Shown here: positions 8,093-20,904 of the stretch, piece by piece
Layout of the letters: every line of letters begins with the position of its first letter
Position numbering within the stretch: position 1 is the stretch's first letter
Assembly: GCA_031416075.1 (NCBI GenBank)
Contig: JANOSY010000056.1
Span: forward strand, 1 to 64,000
DNA from: Candidatus Tenderia sp.
GTDB taxonomy: Bacteria > Pseudomonadota > Gammaproteobacteria > Tenderiales > Tenderiaceae
DNA: 64,000 bases
Reading direction: 5' to 3'
Notes under the pieces: generated by a model
Told to the model about the DNA's origin: nothing
Databases searched by the model: none
What the model saw: only the letters and a program-made list of their open reading frames with translations
Program-made: the position numbers and the translations under genes

Positions 8093-9603
8093 GTAAACTG
8101 CCTCCTTGTACGATTGTTATCTTTGGTGCCACGGGTAATCTGTCGCGACTGAAGTTGATGCCAGCGCTGTTTCGGCTCGATTCTGAAAAACGGTTGCCAG
8201 AAGGTTCCAAGGTGCTGGCCTTTGGTCGCCGTGCCTGGGATCGGCAGCAGTGGCTGGATGAAGTGGCCAAGATGCTGACGGAGAAATATCCCCGTGGTTA
8301 TGACGAAGAGGCATTTCTGAGTTTCAGTGAGAAACTTGACTACCATCAGGGGGATCTGGAGGAGGAGAGCGCCTACGTTGAGTTGAAGGAAAAACTGACA
8401 AACAGCGGCAACTTTCCCCGCAACGTACTCTATTATATGTCGATCAGCCCATCGGAGTTTTGTCCAGTGATCGACAAACTTGGCAAGGCCGGGTTGCTGC
8501 AGGAACAGCATGGCTGGGGCCGGGTGGTGGTGGAAAAACCGTTTGGTTACGACCTGCTCAGCGCGCAGTCGCTACAAAAGGGGTTAACCCGTCATCTGAA
8601 CGAAAACCAGATCTACCGCATCGATCATTATCTGGGTAAGGCGACAGTACGTAATGTGCTGGTCTTCCGTTTTGCCAACCTGATGCTGGAGCCGTTGTGG
8701 AACCGTAACTACATTGACCACATTCAGATTACCCACTCTGAAACACTGGGCATTGGCAGCCGCGCCCACTATTACGATAATGCCGGCGCGTTGCGTGACA
8801 TGTTGCAGAGCCATCTGTTGCAGCTGCTGGCGCTGGTTGCGATGGAGCCGCCCGCGGGCATGGATGCAGAGTCGTTGCGTGATGAAAAGGTGAAGGTATT
8901 GAAGTCAGTACGCCCAATCCCGCAAAAGGCGGTACATGCCCACGCCTTCCGTGGTCAATATTCGGCGGGCCAGATTAATGGCCAGTCGGTGCCGGGCTAT
9001 CTGGAGGAGGAGGATGTGCCGGGTGATAGCGTGACGGAGACCTACGCGGCGCTTAAACTTTATATCGATAACTGGCGTTGGAAGGGTGTACCCTTTTATG
9101 TCCGTACCGGTAAACGGCTGGCGGAGGGGAGTTCGGCAGTCAGCATCCGTTTCAAACAGCCACCACAGCAGCTTTTTCGTGGCGCACGGCTTGATCAGTT
9201 GCAGCCTAACTGGTTGCTGTTAGGCATTCAGCCCAACGACTGTTTGAAGCTGGAGATCAATGTTAAAGAGCACGGCACGGCCATGAAAACCAGAATGATC
9301 AGCCTGGATGCAAGTTATCATGAGCAGAGTAAAGGGGCGCAGGGCGACGCCTATGAAGATCTTATCCTGGATGTGATTAAGGGTGACCATTCGCTCTTTT
9401 TGCGTTACGACGAGGTTGAGTGGGCCTGGCGCGTAGTGGATCCGATTCTTAAGGTCTGGTCGATGGAGCGTGACTTCATCAATACCTATCCGGCGGGCAG
9501 CTGGGGACCACGGGGTACATATCGCCTGTTTGATAGAGAAGATCAGTTCTGGCGTCACTCCCTAAACATTGATGGGAATGATGTGGGATCTGAAGCGTAT
9601 TGA
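8089..9603 (+). CDS. zwf: Glucose-6-phosphate 1-dehydrogenase
   Basis: [23 protein letters not shown] and [13 protein letters not shown] motifs. Confidence 0.97.
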   Translation: MSKLPPCTIVIFGATGNLSRLKLMPALFRLDSEKRLPEGSKVLAFGRRAWDRQQWLDEVAKMLTEKYPRGYDEEAFLSFSEKLDYHQGDLEEESAYVELKEKLTNSGNFPRNVLYYMSISPSEFCPVIDKLGKAGLLQEQHGWGRVVVEKPFGYDLLSAQSLQKGLTRHLNENQIYRIDHYLGKATVRNVLVFRFANLMLEPLWNRNYIDHIQITHSETLGIGSRAHYYDNAGALRDMLQSHLLQLLALVAMEPPAGMDAESLRDEKVKVLKSVRPIPQKAVHAHAFRGQYSAGQINGQSVPGYLEEEDVPGDSVTETYAALKLYIDNWRWKGVPFYVRTGKRLAEGSSAVSIRFKQPPQQLFRGARLDQLQPNWLLLGIQPNDCLKLEINVKEHGTAMKTRMISLDASYHEQSKGAQGDAYEDLILDVIKGDHSLFLRYDEVEWAWRVVDPILKVWSMERDFINTYPAGSWGPRGTYRLFDREDQFWRHSLNIDGNDVGSEAY

Positions 9604-9634
9604 TTACAGATTAAATAACCTTTAAAAACAGTAG

Positions 9635-11290
<1,656 letters not shown>

Positions 11291-11353
11291 ATTAAGGTGT
11301 AGGTAGTATAAAGAGGGGGGCTTTTTTGCCTGATGGTTCTGCTTTTTTAAACG

Positions 11354-14035
11354 TTGGAATGTCACTTGGTTTTAGAACGCGAAAAGCACAGGATTAATGT
11401 TGTGGGCGGTCTCCTTCTAGTTGTTCTGACACTGGTAGCGGGAATATCGGTTTTTGTGGTGATGCAGCGACATGCAGAGGCCTTGCTTGGCAAAGGGCTT
11501 GGGGTCTCTCTAGCGGGCAATGTTCGTCTGTTTGAGGTGCGCATTGAGCAGGTGCTGAGTAATGCCCAGTCCGTTGCGAACCACCCGTTTGTCATTCAGA
11601 ATCTGCAGCTTATTGAGTCGCAGCCAGGTGGTGAGGTAGATATGCTCGGCCTGCAGAGTGTTGCCGCATCGTTTCCAGCAACGATTTTTACCGCCCTCTC
11701 TTTTTACGATGTTAACGGTCGTGAAGTCGCTCAGGTGGGTGATTTCTCTGACAATTATGTTTTAAATGTCCCTTTAAATACAAAAAATAGAACCTTTCTG
11801 TTGTGGGATGGGCAGTTCTTTTTGCGCACCAGTGCTGACATATTGGATCCGCAAGGGCGGCTTATTGGTAGTGTCAGTGTGGAAGCCTCAATGCCGGTGA
11901 TTACAGAAGTTTTTGCTGATATTGCTTCAATCGGCGAAACAGCCGAGTTTGCTGTATGTGTGCAGTTGGCGGACGATGTTAAAAACATGGACTGTTTTCT
12001 GAATAGACTCGCTGGAAAGCTGTTTGAGCGATTCCCCCGTATTGTCGATGGTGCTTCTCTGCCGATGGACCACGCCCTGGAAGGGGATGCAGGCGTGATT
12101 TTTGCCAGGGATTATCGAAGAGAGAAGGTTGTTGCCGCCTATGCGCCTGTGGGTGATTTTGGGATTGGCATGGTGATGAAGGTAGATCAGACAGAGCTGT
12201 ACCATCCTATAGTGGCACAATTAAAATATATCATTCCGCTGCTGGCTGCGTTGGTGATGGTGGGAATGTTGTTGCTGCACGTTCTGGTGAGGCCATTGGT
12301 GCGTAAGCTGGTGGATTCTGAGCGTGCCATGCGTAAGCTCCATGTGGAGTTGAGTCAGTTTAAAAATACCTTGGATCAGACACTGGATGGTGTTTTTATG
12401 TTTGATCCAAAGACCTTGCGTTTTACCTATGTTAATGAAGGGGCAAGGCAGCAGGTGGGGTATAGCGAAGCGGAATTGATGCGGATGCTGGTGACCGATA
12501 TTGGGACTGATTTTACGCTGAAAGGGTTTCAAGAGTTATTACGGACATTGATAGAGGGTGTTCAGCCATCGCTTACTTTTCAGAGTGTGCATCGTCATAA
12601 AAATGGGCATGATATACCCGTTGAGACATTTCTCCAGCTTATTAGCCTAGAGGGGCAGGGGCCCCGTTTTGTGGCGATGGTGAGTGATATCAGTGAACGT
12701 CTGCAAGCAGAGCAGAGAATTGCCCATTTGGCTAACCATGACGCATTGACTAATTTGCCAAATCGCAATCTGTTACAGGACCGAATTACACAGGCGTTGC
12801 TGCAGGCAGCACGTAACAATACGCGCGGAGCGGTGTTGTTTATCGATCTTGATCAATTTAAAACCATCAATGATTCGATGGGCCACAGTGTCGGTGACCT
12901 TTTGTTAAAAGAGGTAGCACAAAGACTGGTCGCCAATTTGCGTGGTCAGGATACGGTGGCACGTCAGGGAGGTGATGAATTTATCGTTCTGTTGCCGTCA
13001 GTTGCAACTGCTCAGGATGCAGGGGGTATCGCGCAGAAGCTGCTGAGAGATCTGTTTTTACCTTATGAGATCAATGGTAAGGAGCTGCACCTCAGTGCCA
13101 GTATCGGTATCGCCGTCTTTCCTGACGATGGCGATGAGGCGGATACATTGCTGAAACATAGTGATACGGCGATGTACCACGCCAAGGAGGCGGGGCGTAA
13201 CAATTTCCAGTTTTTTGCGCCACAGATGAACCAGCAGGCCGCAGAAAACCAGATGTTAGGCTCCTGCCTGCGTTATGCCCTGGAACGTAATGAGCTGCTG
13301 CTGCACTACCAGCCCATTGTTGATATGGTGAGTGGAAAGCTGGTTGGTCTGGAGACCTTGATCCGTTGGCAGCACCCTGAGCAGGGGTTGATACCGCCGC
13401 TTAAGTTTATTCCGCTGGCAGAGGATACCGGGTTGATTGTGCCCATTGGTGAGTGGGTGTTGCGAACGGCCTGTATGCAGTTGAAGTGGTGGCAGGATCA
13501 AGGGTATGAGGTGCCGCAGCTGGCGATCAATCTTTCTGTTAAACAGTTCAGACAAAATACCTTGGTAGAAAGCATTGTGCGCATCCTGGACGAGACTGGT
13601 GTAGATGCCCGTTTTGTGGAGCTGGAGATTACCGAAAGTATTCTCATTGATAATTTTGATGAGGTGGTTAGTATGTTGCGCACGCTCAGTGATATGGGGC
13701 TTAAGTTCTCTCTTGACGACTTTGGTACGGGCTACTCCAGTCTGAGTTATCTGAAACGTTTTCCGATTAGCACACTGAAAATTGACCGTTCCTTTGTTCA
13801 TAATATGGTGACTGATGTTGATGACGCCTCGATTGTCTCGGGTATTATCGGGCTGGCCCATAGTCTGCGTATGAACGTGATTGCAGAAGGGGTCGAGACA
13901 GAGGCGCAACGTACTATTCTGGCTGAACAGGGGTGTGATCAATATCAGGGCTACTACTTTAGTCGGCCGCTGCCAGTCTCTGACATCACCTTAAAGTTGC
14001 AGCGGCGAGAGGTGCCGGAGTCGTTGTCGGAGTAG
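11354..14035 (+). CDS. Membrane-anchored Cache-like/PAS/GGDEF/EAL cyclic-di-GMP signalling protein
   Basis: Two TM segments flank a periplasmic region, followed by PAS, an intact GGDEF (ARQGGDEF) and an EAL domain (ETL variant, DDFGTGYSS, EGVE). TTG start is uncertain. Confidence 0.92.
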   Translation: MECHLVLEREKHRINVVGGLLLVVLTLVAGISVFVVMQRHAEALLGKGLGVSLAGNVRLFEVRIEQVLSNAQSVANHPFVIQNLQLIESQPGGEVDMLGLQSVAASFPATIFTALSFYDVNGREVAQVGDFSDNYVLNVPLNTKNRTFLLWDGQFFLRTSADILDPQGRLIGSVSVEASMPVITEVFADIASIGETAEFAVCVQLADDVKNMDCFLNRLAGKLFERFPRIVDGASLPMDHALEGDAGVIFARDYRREKVVAAYAPVGDFGIGMVMKVDQTELYHPIVAQLKYIIPLLAALVMVGMLLLHVLVRPLVRKLVDSERAMRKLHVELSQFKNTLDQTLDGVFMFDPKTLRFTYVNEGARQQVGYSEAELMRMLVTDIGTDFTLKGFQELLRTLIEGVQPSLTFQSVHRHKNGHDIPVETFLQLISLEGQGPRFVAMVSDISERLQAEQRIAHLANHDALTNLPNRNLLQDRITQALLQAARNNTRGAVLFIDLDQFKTINDSMGHSVGDLLLKEVAQRLVANLRGQDTVARQGGDEFIVLLPSVATAQDAGGIAQKLLRDLFLPYEINGKELHLSASIGIAVFPDDGDEADTLLKHSDTAMYHAKEAGRNNFQFFAPQMNQQAAENQMLGSCLRYALERNELLLHYQPIVDMVSGKLVGLETLIRWQHPEQGLIPPLKFIPLAEDTGLIVPIGEWVLRTACMQLKWWQDQGYEVPQLAINLSVKQFRQNTLVESIVRILDETGVDARFVELEITESILIDNFDEVVSMLRTLSDMGLKFSLDDFGTGYSSLSYLKRFPISTLKIDRSFVHNMVTDVDDASIVSGIIGLAHSLRMNVIAEGVETEAQRTILAEQGCDQYQGYYFSRPLPVSDITLKLQRREVPESLSE

Positions 14036-14197
14036 CTCCTGCTCTGCAGTGCGTACCTTTGTGGTGCGACAGCCGGTGATAGCGGCTGATTGCTTTTCTG
14101 CTGTTTTTTCGTGATATTGAATCCCATAGCGCTTGCTATACCTGCCCGGGGGGCTGTGCTGCCGCATCTCTTTATTAGTACGGGGGGTGGCGCTGAT

Positions 14198-14226
14198 TTC
14201 CTGTTTAGCGCAAAAAAAGGTAAAAT
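14198..14226 (+). promoter_or_regulatory. Putative sigma70 promoter of the aceEF-lpdA operon
   Basis: TTCCTG-17 nt-TAAAAT, about 145 nt upstream of the aceE ATG. Confidence 0.35.
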
Positions 14227-14370
14227 CGCCCGCTTGTTTCAGCGGTTTGAAAGCAGACCCCCGGTTTTATAAAGGTTTGAAGATCGCTGATCTTAGCGTG
14301 GTGGCCCGGTAACGGCCCGCGTTGCATCCGCCTGAGAGGCGGAAATTACTATATTGAGGATTGGAGTTCT

Positions 14371-17031
14371 ATGTCTCAGCTAGCGCAGTTACCCGATATC
14401 GACACCGTTGAAACCCAGGAGTGGATTGACGCCCTTGAGGCTGTCATCGAAAAGGAAGGTGTCGAACGCGCCCACTATCTATTGGAGCAGATGATCGACA
14501 AGGCACGCCGCAGTGGCGCCAATCTGCCTTACTCAGCCAATACCGCCTATGTAAATACCATTCCGCCTCACCTCGAAGCGCCGATCCCCGGTGATCAGGC
14601 GATGGAAGAGCGCATCCGCTCCTTCATCCGCTGGAACGCCATCGCCATGGTGGTGAAGGCCAATCGCAAGGCATCAGAACTGGGTGGCCATATCGCCACG
14701 TTTGCCTCGGCGGCGGTGCTTTATGATGTGGGTTACAACCATTTTTGGCGCGCCCCTTCCCATGAACATGGCGGTGATCTGATCTACTCCCAGGGTCACG
14801 CCTCACCCGGTACCTATGCCCGTGCCTTCCTTGAAGGGCGTCTTACCGAGGAGCAGCTCGATAACTTCCGTCAGGAGGTGGATGGCAAAGGTTTGTCCTC
14901 CTATCCGCACCCCTGGCTGATGCCTGACTTCTGGCAGTTCCCCACTGTATCCATGGGTCTTGGTCCGATCATGTCGATCTATCAGGCCCGTTTCATGAAG
15001 TACCTGCAGGATCGTGGTCTGGCTGATACCAAAAACCGTAAGGTCTGGGCCTTCCTTGGTGATGGCGAGACCGATGAGCCGGAGTCTCTCGGCGCCATCA
15101 CCTTGGCTTCACGTGAGAAGCTCGACAACCTCATCTGGGTGGTCAATTGCAACCTGCAGCGCCTTGACGGCCCGGTGCGTGGCAACGGCAAGATCGTGCA
15201 GGAGCTGGAGGCGAGCTTCCGTGGCGCTGGCTGGAATGTGATCAAGGTATTGTGGGGCTCTTATTGGGATCCACTGCTGGCCAAGGATAAAAACGGTCTG
15301 TTGCAGAAACGTATGATGGAGTGCGTGGATGGTGACTTCCAGAACTACAAATCCAAAGATGGCGCCTATGTGCGTGAGCACTTCTTTGGCAAGTATCCAG
15401 AGCTGCTGGCGATGGTCTCAAAGATGTCTGACGATGATGTCTGGCGTCTCAATCGTGGCGGTCACGATCCACACAAGGTCTACGCCGCCTACAAGGCAGC
15501 CGTTGAAAGTGGCCAGCCGAGTGTCGTTCTGGCCCATACCGTAAAAGGGTACGGCATGGGTGCGGCGGGTGAAGGGCAGAACCGCACCCACTCACAGAAG
15601 AAGCTCGGCGATGACGAGATGATCTACGTCCGTGATCGTTTTAATATCCCGATGAGTGATGAAGATGCTGCCGCCGGGACCTACTACAAACCGGCCGCAG
15701 ACAGCCCCGAAATGCTTTACATGCACGCCCGTCGCAAGGAGCTGGGCGGTTACCTGCCAGCGCGTTACCACAGCGCTGCACCGCTGGAGGTGCCGCCACT
15801 GTCGGACTTCGATGTGCTGTTGCAGGGCAGTGGCGACAAAGAGATGTCCACCACCATGGCTTATGTACGTATGTTGACGTTGCTTTGTCGTGACAAAAAG
15901 ATCGGCAAACACATCGTGCCGATCGTGCCTGATGAGGCACGTACCTTCGGTATGGAAGGCATGTTCCGCCAGCTTGGCATCTACTCATCCGTCGGCCAGC
16001 TCTACACGCCGCAGGATAAAGAGGAGATCATGTTCTACAAGGAGGATAAGTCCGGCCAGATCCTCGAAGAGGGGATCAACGAAGCGGGTTCCATGTCCTC
16101 CTGGATTGCGGCGGCGACCTCTTACAGTTCACACGGCGTCAATACCGTTCCTTTCTATATCTATTACTCCATGTTTGGTTTCCAGCGCATCGGCGATCTG
16201 GCCTGGGCGGCGGGTGACATGCAGGCGCGTGGTTTCCTGATCGGCGCCACTGCCGGTCGTACCACATTGGCCGGGGAAGGACTGCAACACCAGGATGGCC
16301 ACGGCCTGATCCTGGCGGGCACCATCCCCAACTGCATCAGCTACGATCCAACCTTTGGTTACGAGTTGGCGGTGATCGTGCAGGATGGTATGCGTCGCAT
16401 GTACGAACAGCAGGAGAGTCTCTTCTACTACATCACCACCATGAACGAAAACTATGTTCATCCGGCCATGCCGAAGGGTGCCGAGCAGGGCATCATCAAG
16501 GGCATGTACAAGCTGCGTACTGGCGGTAAAAAGAAAAATAAGGTGCAGCTGCTTGGCTCCGGCACCATCCTGCGTGAGGTGATGGCCGCGGCCGATCTGC
16601 TGCGTGATGAGTGGGATGTCGATGCCGACATCTGGAGCGCCACCAGCATTAACGAACTGACCCGTGAGGCGCAGGATTGTGATCGCTGGAACCGCTTGCA
16701 CCCGGCAGAAACAGCAAAAGTGCCCTACGTCGCGCACTGTTTTGATGGCGTGAAAGGGCCGTTTATCGCCGCCACCGACTACATTCGCAACTACGCCGAG
16801 CAGCTCCGCAAGTGGGTTCCCGGCCGTTACGAAGTGCTCGGTACCGATGGTTTTGGTCGCAGTGATACCCGTGCCCAGCTGCGCAAACACTTTGAGGTGA
16901 ACAGCTACCACGTGGTGGTGGCTGCCCTTAAGGCGCTGGCTGATGAAGGTCAGCTGCCTGCTGCCAAGGTGACTGAGGCGATTGCCAAATACGGCATCGA
17001 TGCAGAAAAAATTAATCCGTTGTTTGCGTAA
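14371..17031 (+). CDS. aceE: Pyruvate dehydrogenase E1 component (homodimeric type)
   Basis: GGHIA, LSSYPHP, FPTVSMGLGP, GDGETDEPES ThDP motif and EGLQHQDG. Confidence 0.98.
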   Translation: MSQLAQLPDIDTVETQEWIDALEAVIEKEGVERAHYLLEQMIDKARRSGANLPYSANTAYVNTIPPHLEAPIPGDQAMEERIRSFIRWNAIAMVVKANRKASELGGHIATFASAAVLYDVGYNHFWRAPSHEHGGDLIYSQGHASPGTYARAFLEGRLTEEQLDNFRQEVDGKGLSSYPHPWLMPDFWQFPTVSMGLGPIMSIYQARFMKYLQDRGLADTKNRKVWAFLGDGETDEPESLGAITLASREKLDNLIWVVNCNLQRLDGPVRGNGKIVQELEASFRGAGWNVIKVLWGSYWDPLLAKDKNGLLQKRMMECVDGDFQNYKSKDGAYVREHFFGKYPELLAMVSKMSDDDVWRLNRGGHDPHKVYAAYKAAVESGQPSVVLAHTVKGYGMGAAGEGQNRTHSQKKLGDDEMIYVRDRFNIPMSDEDAAAGTYYKPAADSPEMLYMHARRKELGGYLPARYHSAAPLEVPPLSDFDVLLQGSGDKEMSTTMAYVRMLTLLCRDKKIGKHIVPIVPDEARTFGMEGMFRQLGIYSSVGQLYTPQDKEEIMFYKEDKSGQILEEGINEAGSMSSWIAAATSYSSHGVNTVPFYIYYSMFGFQRIGDLAWAAGDMQARGFLIGATAGRTTLAGEGLQHQDGHGLILAGTIPNCISYDPTFGYELAVIVQDGMRRMYEQQESLFYYITTMNENYVHPAMPKGAEQGIIKGMYKLRTGGKKKNKVQLLGSGTILREVMAAADLLRDEWDVDADIWSATSINELTREAQDCDRWNRLHPAETAKVPYVAHCFDGVKGPFIAATDYIRNYAEQLRKWVPGRYEVLGTDGFGRSDTRAQLRKHFEVNSYHVVVAALKALADEGQLPAAKVTEAIAKYGIDAEKINPLFA

Positions 17032-17049
17032 TCAGGGGCGAGAATAGAG

Positions 17050-18342
17050 ATGGCAAAAGAGATATTTGTACCTGATATTGGCGACTTCAAAGAAGTTGAA
17101 GTGATCGAACTGCTGGTCGGCGTGGGGGATACCATCCAGGCCGACCAGTCACTGATCTCGGTCGAGTCTGACAAGGCGGCGATGGAGATCCCGGCCCCCG
17201 AGGCGGGTGTGGTCAAAGAGCTGAAGATCAAGATGGGCGATCGCATCTCTAAAGGTTCGCTGATCCTGTTGCTGGAGCCTGCTGCCAGCGAGGAGAGTGC
17301 TGTTCCGGTTTCCCAGGCACCCGCGCCAAAGGTTGAAGCAGCGCCTGCTGCGGCAGCGGTACCGGCACCAGCCAAACCTGCCGCGCCTGTTGCAGCAGCC
17401 CCCGTGCGTCAATCCCCTACCGCTCAGATCGACGAGACCGGTTTTGCCAAGGCCTATGCCAGCCCCTCGGTACGCAAGTTTGCCCGCGAACTGGGGGTTG
17501 ATCTCGGCAAGGTCGATGGCACTGGTCGCAAAGGTCGTATCACCCATGAAGATGTGCAGAACTTCGTCAAACGTGTCCTCAGTCAGCCCGCCGCGGCGGG
17601 TGGTCTGGGTGTGGCGCCGATGCCCGATATCGACTTCAGCCAGTGGGGCGCTGTTGAAAGCAAGCCACTCACCAAGATCAACAAGCTCACCGGCCAGTTC
17701 CTCCACCGCAACTGGGTCACCGTTCCCCACGTCACCCAGTTCGACGAATCCGACATCACCGACATGGAGAGCTTCCGCAAGGAGATGGCCGAAGAGTACA
17801 AGGCCAAGGGGATCAAGATCACCCCGCTGGTATTTATGATGAAGGCGGTGGTCTCGGCAATGAAGCAGTACCCACGTTTCAACTCATCACTCGATGCGAC
17901 GGGTGAAAATCTGATCATGAAGAGCTACTTCAACATCGGTATCGCGGTGGATACGGCGGACGGCCTGGTCGTGCCGGTGGTGCGCGATGTCGATCGCAAG
18001 ACGCTGGTGGATCTGGCGGTGGAGTTGGGTGAGATCAGCGCCAAGGCCCGTGACAAAAAACTCAAACCCGGCGACATGCAGGGTGGTTGCCTGACCATCT
18101 CCAGCCTCGGCGGCATTGGTGGCACCAAGTTCACGCCGATTGTGAACGCGCCGGAAGTGGCGATTCTCGGCGTCTCGCGCGCCAAGATGCAGCCGGTCTG
18201 GAACGGCAAGGAGTTTGAACCACGCCTGATGTTGCCGCTGTCACTCTCTTACGATCATCGTGTGATCGATGGTGCCGACGGCGCCCGCTTCACCTCGTTC
18301 CTCAGCCGCGTCTTGTCTGATACACGTCGTCTGCTGCTGTAA
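17050..18342 (+). CDS. aceF: Dihydrolipoamide acetyltransferase E2 with a single lipoyl domain
   Basis: Lipoyl motif ESDKAAME, E3-binding [16 protein letters not shown] and catalytic DHRVIDG. Confidence 0.97.
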   Translation: MAKEIFVPDIGDFKEVEVIELLVGVGDTIQADQSLISVESDKAAMEIPAPEAGVVKELKIKMGDRISKGSLILLLEPAASEESAVPVSQAPAPKVEAAPAAAAVPAPAKPAAPVAAAPVRQSPTAQIDETGFAKAYASPSVRKFARELGVDLGKVDGTGRKGRITHEDVQNFVKRVLSQPAAAGGLGVAPMPDIDFSQWGAVESKPLTKINKLTGQFLHRNWVTVPHVTQFDESDITDMESFRKEMAEEYKAKGIKITPLVFMMKAVVSAMKQYPRFNSSLDATGENLIMKSYFNIGIAVDTADGLVVPVVRDVDRKTLVDLAVELGEISAKARDKKLKPGDMQGGCLTISSLGGIGGTKFTPIVNAPEVAILGVSRAKMQPVWNGKEFEPRLMLPLSLSYDHRVIDGADGARFTSFLSRVLSDTRRLLL

Positions 18343-18352
18343 TTTGTAGTCT

Positions 18353-18391
18353 GGAGAGCCTGCTCAAAGCACTTCGTGGGGCAGGCTCTCC
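18353..18391. repeat. Intergenic palindrome enclosing copy 2 of the mini-hairpin element
   Basis: GGAGAGCCTGC (18353-18363) and GCAGGCTCTCC (18381-18391) form a perfect 11-bp inverted repeat. The inner sequence is TGCTCAAAGCACTTCGTGGGGC. No U-tract follows. Confidence 0.75.
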
Positions 18392-18433
18392 AAGCTAGAC
18401 GACTGATGTAAGTGGCCAGATAGGGAGCACTGT

Positions 18434-18892
18434 ATGCCCGAGTTAGAAAAAAAATACCAGAGCCTCGTCGCACAAGGTTGGAGTGGTATGTTGTTCCTGC
18501 TGCTCACAATGTTCATCACTGATTTAGTGGAGTTTTCACTGCCGGGGGATTTTAAAGCGCTCTCTACGCAGCTCTCCCTCGATCCCGGCATGGTGGGGTT
18601 GTGGGTATTGGCCGGAATCATCTGCCTCAATGTTGTTGGGCAGATGGCGATACGTGCCGTCTATAAACGCGTCTGCCGCTGGTGGGTTTTTGGCGTCACT
18701 GTTGCCTATGTCGCCTTTTTTCTGCTCCACCAGATTGTTCACCTGCTGAATGGTGAAGGCTTTGATATCCACTTTATTTTGGACGCCACTCACCATGTCG
18801 TCGGATTTTGGGCGATCTGGGCGGCCTACCGTTGGGCAAAATCGGCGACGCGTGACCATGACGACTCGCCCGCGCCGCTACTCTTTAATTAA
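18434..18892 (+). CDS. Hypothetical four-TM membrane protein with His cluster
   Basis: RBS GGGAG, four hydrophobic segments and HQIVH...H......THH. Confidence 0.7.
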   Translation: MPELEKKYQSLVAQGWSGMLFLLLTMFITDLVEFSLPGDFKALSTQLSLDPGMVGLWVLAGIICLNVVGQMAIRAVYKRVCRWWVFGVTVAYVAFFLLHQIVHLLNGEGFDIHFILDATHHVVGFWAIWAAYRWAKSATRDHDDSPAPLLFN

Positions 18893-18927
18893 AAATAAGA
18901 CAAATTCGAGAACCAAAGGGATAAGCC

Positions 18928-20676
18928 ATGAGTAATATCGTTGAGATCAAGGTACCGGACATTGGCGACTTCAAAGAGGTTGAGGTCATCGAGATACTGG
19001 TTGGTGTTGGTGACACCATCAAGCCTGAACAGTCATTGATCTCGGTCGAGTCTGACAAGGCCGCTATGGAGATCCCCGCGCCGCAGGGTGGTGTGGTGAA
19101 AGAGCTATTGCTCAAGATCGGTGACAAGGTCTCTCTCGGTAGCACCATTCTCAAGCTTGAAATGGAAGAGGCTGTGGCCGCAGCACCTGCACCTATTGCA
19201 GAAAAACCTGGGGTTGCTTCAGCGCCAGTCGCCACAGCACCGCAGTCCGTCAGCTATAGCGGCAGTGTTGATCTTCAGGCTGAAATCGTTGTGCTCGGCT
19301 CCGGCCCTGGCGGTTACACAGCCGCTTTTCGCGCCGCCGACCTTGGTAAAAAGGTTGTCTTGATAGAACGTTACGACATCATTGGTGGTGTCTGTCTCAA
19401 CGTTGGTTGCATCCCCTCCAAGGCGCTGCTGCACACCGCACAGGTGATCAACGAAGCGGCGGAGTTTCATGAGATTGGTGTTGAGTTCAATAAACCAAAG
19501 ATCGACATCGACAAACTGCGCACTCATAAAAACAGCGTCATCAGCAAACTCACCGGCGGCCTCAAGCAGCTGGCCAAGCAGCGCAAGGTTGAAATCGTGC
19601 ACGGCTACGGCAAGTTCATCTCGCCCAACACCATCGAAGTGGTGGCCAGCGATGGCAGCAAGAAGGTCGTAGGTTTTGAAAACTGCATCATCGCCGCCGG
19701 TTCACGTGTCACCAAACTGCCGTTTATCCCTTGGGCCGATTCACGTGTTATGGACTCTACCGATGCGCTTGAAATTGAAGAGGTGCCAAAACGACTGTTG
19801 GTGGTCGGCGGCGGCATCATCGGTCTGGAGATGGCGACGGTTTACGATGCACTCGGCGCCAAGGTTACCGTGGTGGAACTCTCGCCGGGTTTAATCCCCG
19901 GTGTTGATCGTGACATCGTGCGGCCACTCGAACGGCGCATTAAAAAGCGTTACGAAAATATCTACCTCAATACTAAAGTGACTGCCATCGAACCGACGGA
20001 CAAAGGTTTGGTCTGTTCGTTTGAAGGCAAGGGTGCACCGGCGACGGATACTTTTGATCGTGTGCTGGTCTCCATTGGCCGTACCCCCAACGGCAAGTTG
20101 ATCGATGCAGATAAAGCGGGCGTTACCGTAAACGAGGCGGGCTTTATCCCGGTTGATAAGCAGATGCGCACTAACGTGCCGCACATCTTTGCCATCGGTG
20201 ACGTTGTTGGCCAGCCGATGCTCGCCCACAAAGCAACACATGAAGGCCGAACTGCGGCTGAAGTGATTGCCGGCATGAACTCATTTTTTGACGCTCGCAC
20301 CATTCCCGCTGTTGCCTACACCGATCCAGAAGTGGCGTGGATGGGTAAAACTGAAGAGCAGTGCAAGGCCGAAGGTATTGAATATACCAAAGGTGTATTC
20401 CCTTGGGCCGCCTCTGGCCGTTCACTCTCCATTGGCCGTGATGAAGGCATGACCAAAGTTCTTTTTGGCGCTGATCATAAAATTATTGGTGCCGCGATTG
20501 TCGGTACCAACGCCGGAGAGTTGATTGCTGAAGCAGTGTTGGCGTTAGAGATGGGAGCCGATGCCCATGATATTGGTATGGCCATTCATCCGCATCCAAC
20601 GTTGTCAGAGACGTTAAACTTTGCTGCCGAGGTGGCGCTGGGGAGCTGTACGGATATTTACGCGCCAAAAAAATAG
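18928..20676 (+). CDS. lpdA: Dihydrolipoamide dehydrogenase E3 with N-terminal lipoyl domain
   Basis: Lipoyl [15 protein letters not shown], redox [13 protein letters not shown] and HPHPTLSE motifs. Confidence 0.97.
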   Translation: MSNIVEIKVPDIGDFKEVEVIEILVGVGDTIKPEQSLISVESDKAAMEIPAPQGGVVKELLLKIGDKVSLGSTILKLEMEEAVAAAPAPIAEKPGVASAPVATAPQSVSYSGSVDLQAEIVVLGSGPGGYTAAFRAADLGKKVVLIERYDIIGGVCLNVGCIPSKALLHTAQVINEAAEFHEIGVEFNKPKIDIDKLRTHKNSVISKLTGGLKQLAKQRKVEIVHGYGKFISPNTIEVVASDGSKKVVGFENCIIAAGSRVTKLPFIPWADSRVMDSTDALEIEEVPKRLLVVGGGIIGLEMATVYDALGAKVTVVELSPGLIPGVDRDIVRPLERRIKKRYENIYLNTKVTAIEPTDKGLVCSFEGKGAPATDTFDRVLVSIGRTPNGKLIDADKAGVTVNEAGFIPVDKQMRTNVPHIFAIGDVVGQPMLAHKATHEGRTAAEVIAGMNSFFDARTIPAVAYTDPEVAWMGKTEEQCKAEGIEYTKGVFPWAASGRSLSIGRDEGMTKVLFGADHKIIGAAIVGTNAGELIAEAVLALEMGADAHDIGMAIHPHPTLSETLNFAAEVALGSCTDIYAPKK

Positions 20677-20696
20677 TGGCGGTAGGTTATATATTT

Positions 20697-20728
20697 AAAA
20701 GTCCCAGCCATGTGTTGGGATTTTTTTT
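20697..20728 (+). terminator. Intrinsic terminator after lpdA
   Basis: AAAAGTCCCAGC-CATGT-GTTGGGATTTTTTTT. Confidence 0.8.
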
Positions 20729-20904
20729 GTCGAAAAAAATATTGGCTATAAAGTAATATGTAGCTTGTGTCGATAAGCTAAGTTGTTTTGTTTTTTTAGG
20801 GGGTGTCATGGATGGTACAACTAACGGATGGTAAGTCGCAAAAAGCTGGGGCAGGGTTGTACATCCTAAGACATTATATTTTAGTCTAAGTAAAGGGAAG
20901 AACT

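Noticed and set aside
17050-19160. Near-duplicate DNA at the 5' ends of aceF and lpdA
   Set aside because: These are homologous lipoyl domains. E3 with an N-terminal lipoyl domain is a known architecture, not a mobile repeat.
20810-20895. GTCGCAAAAAGC...CTAAG resembling a c-di-GMP-I riboswitch
   Set aside because: The P2 GNRA stem and P1 pairing could not be built; only fragments match.
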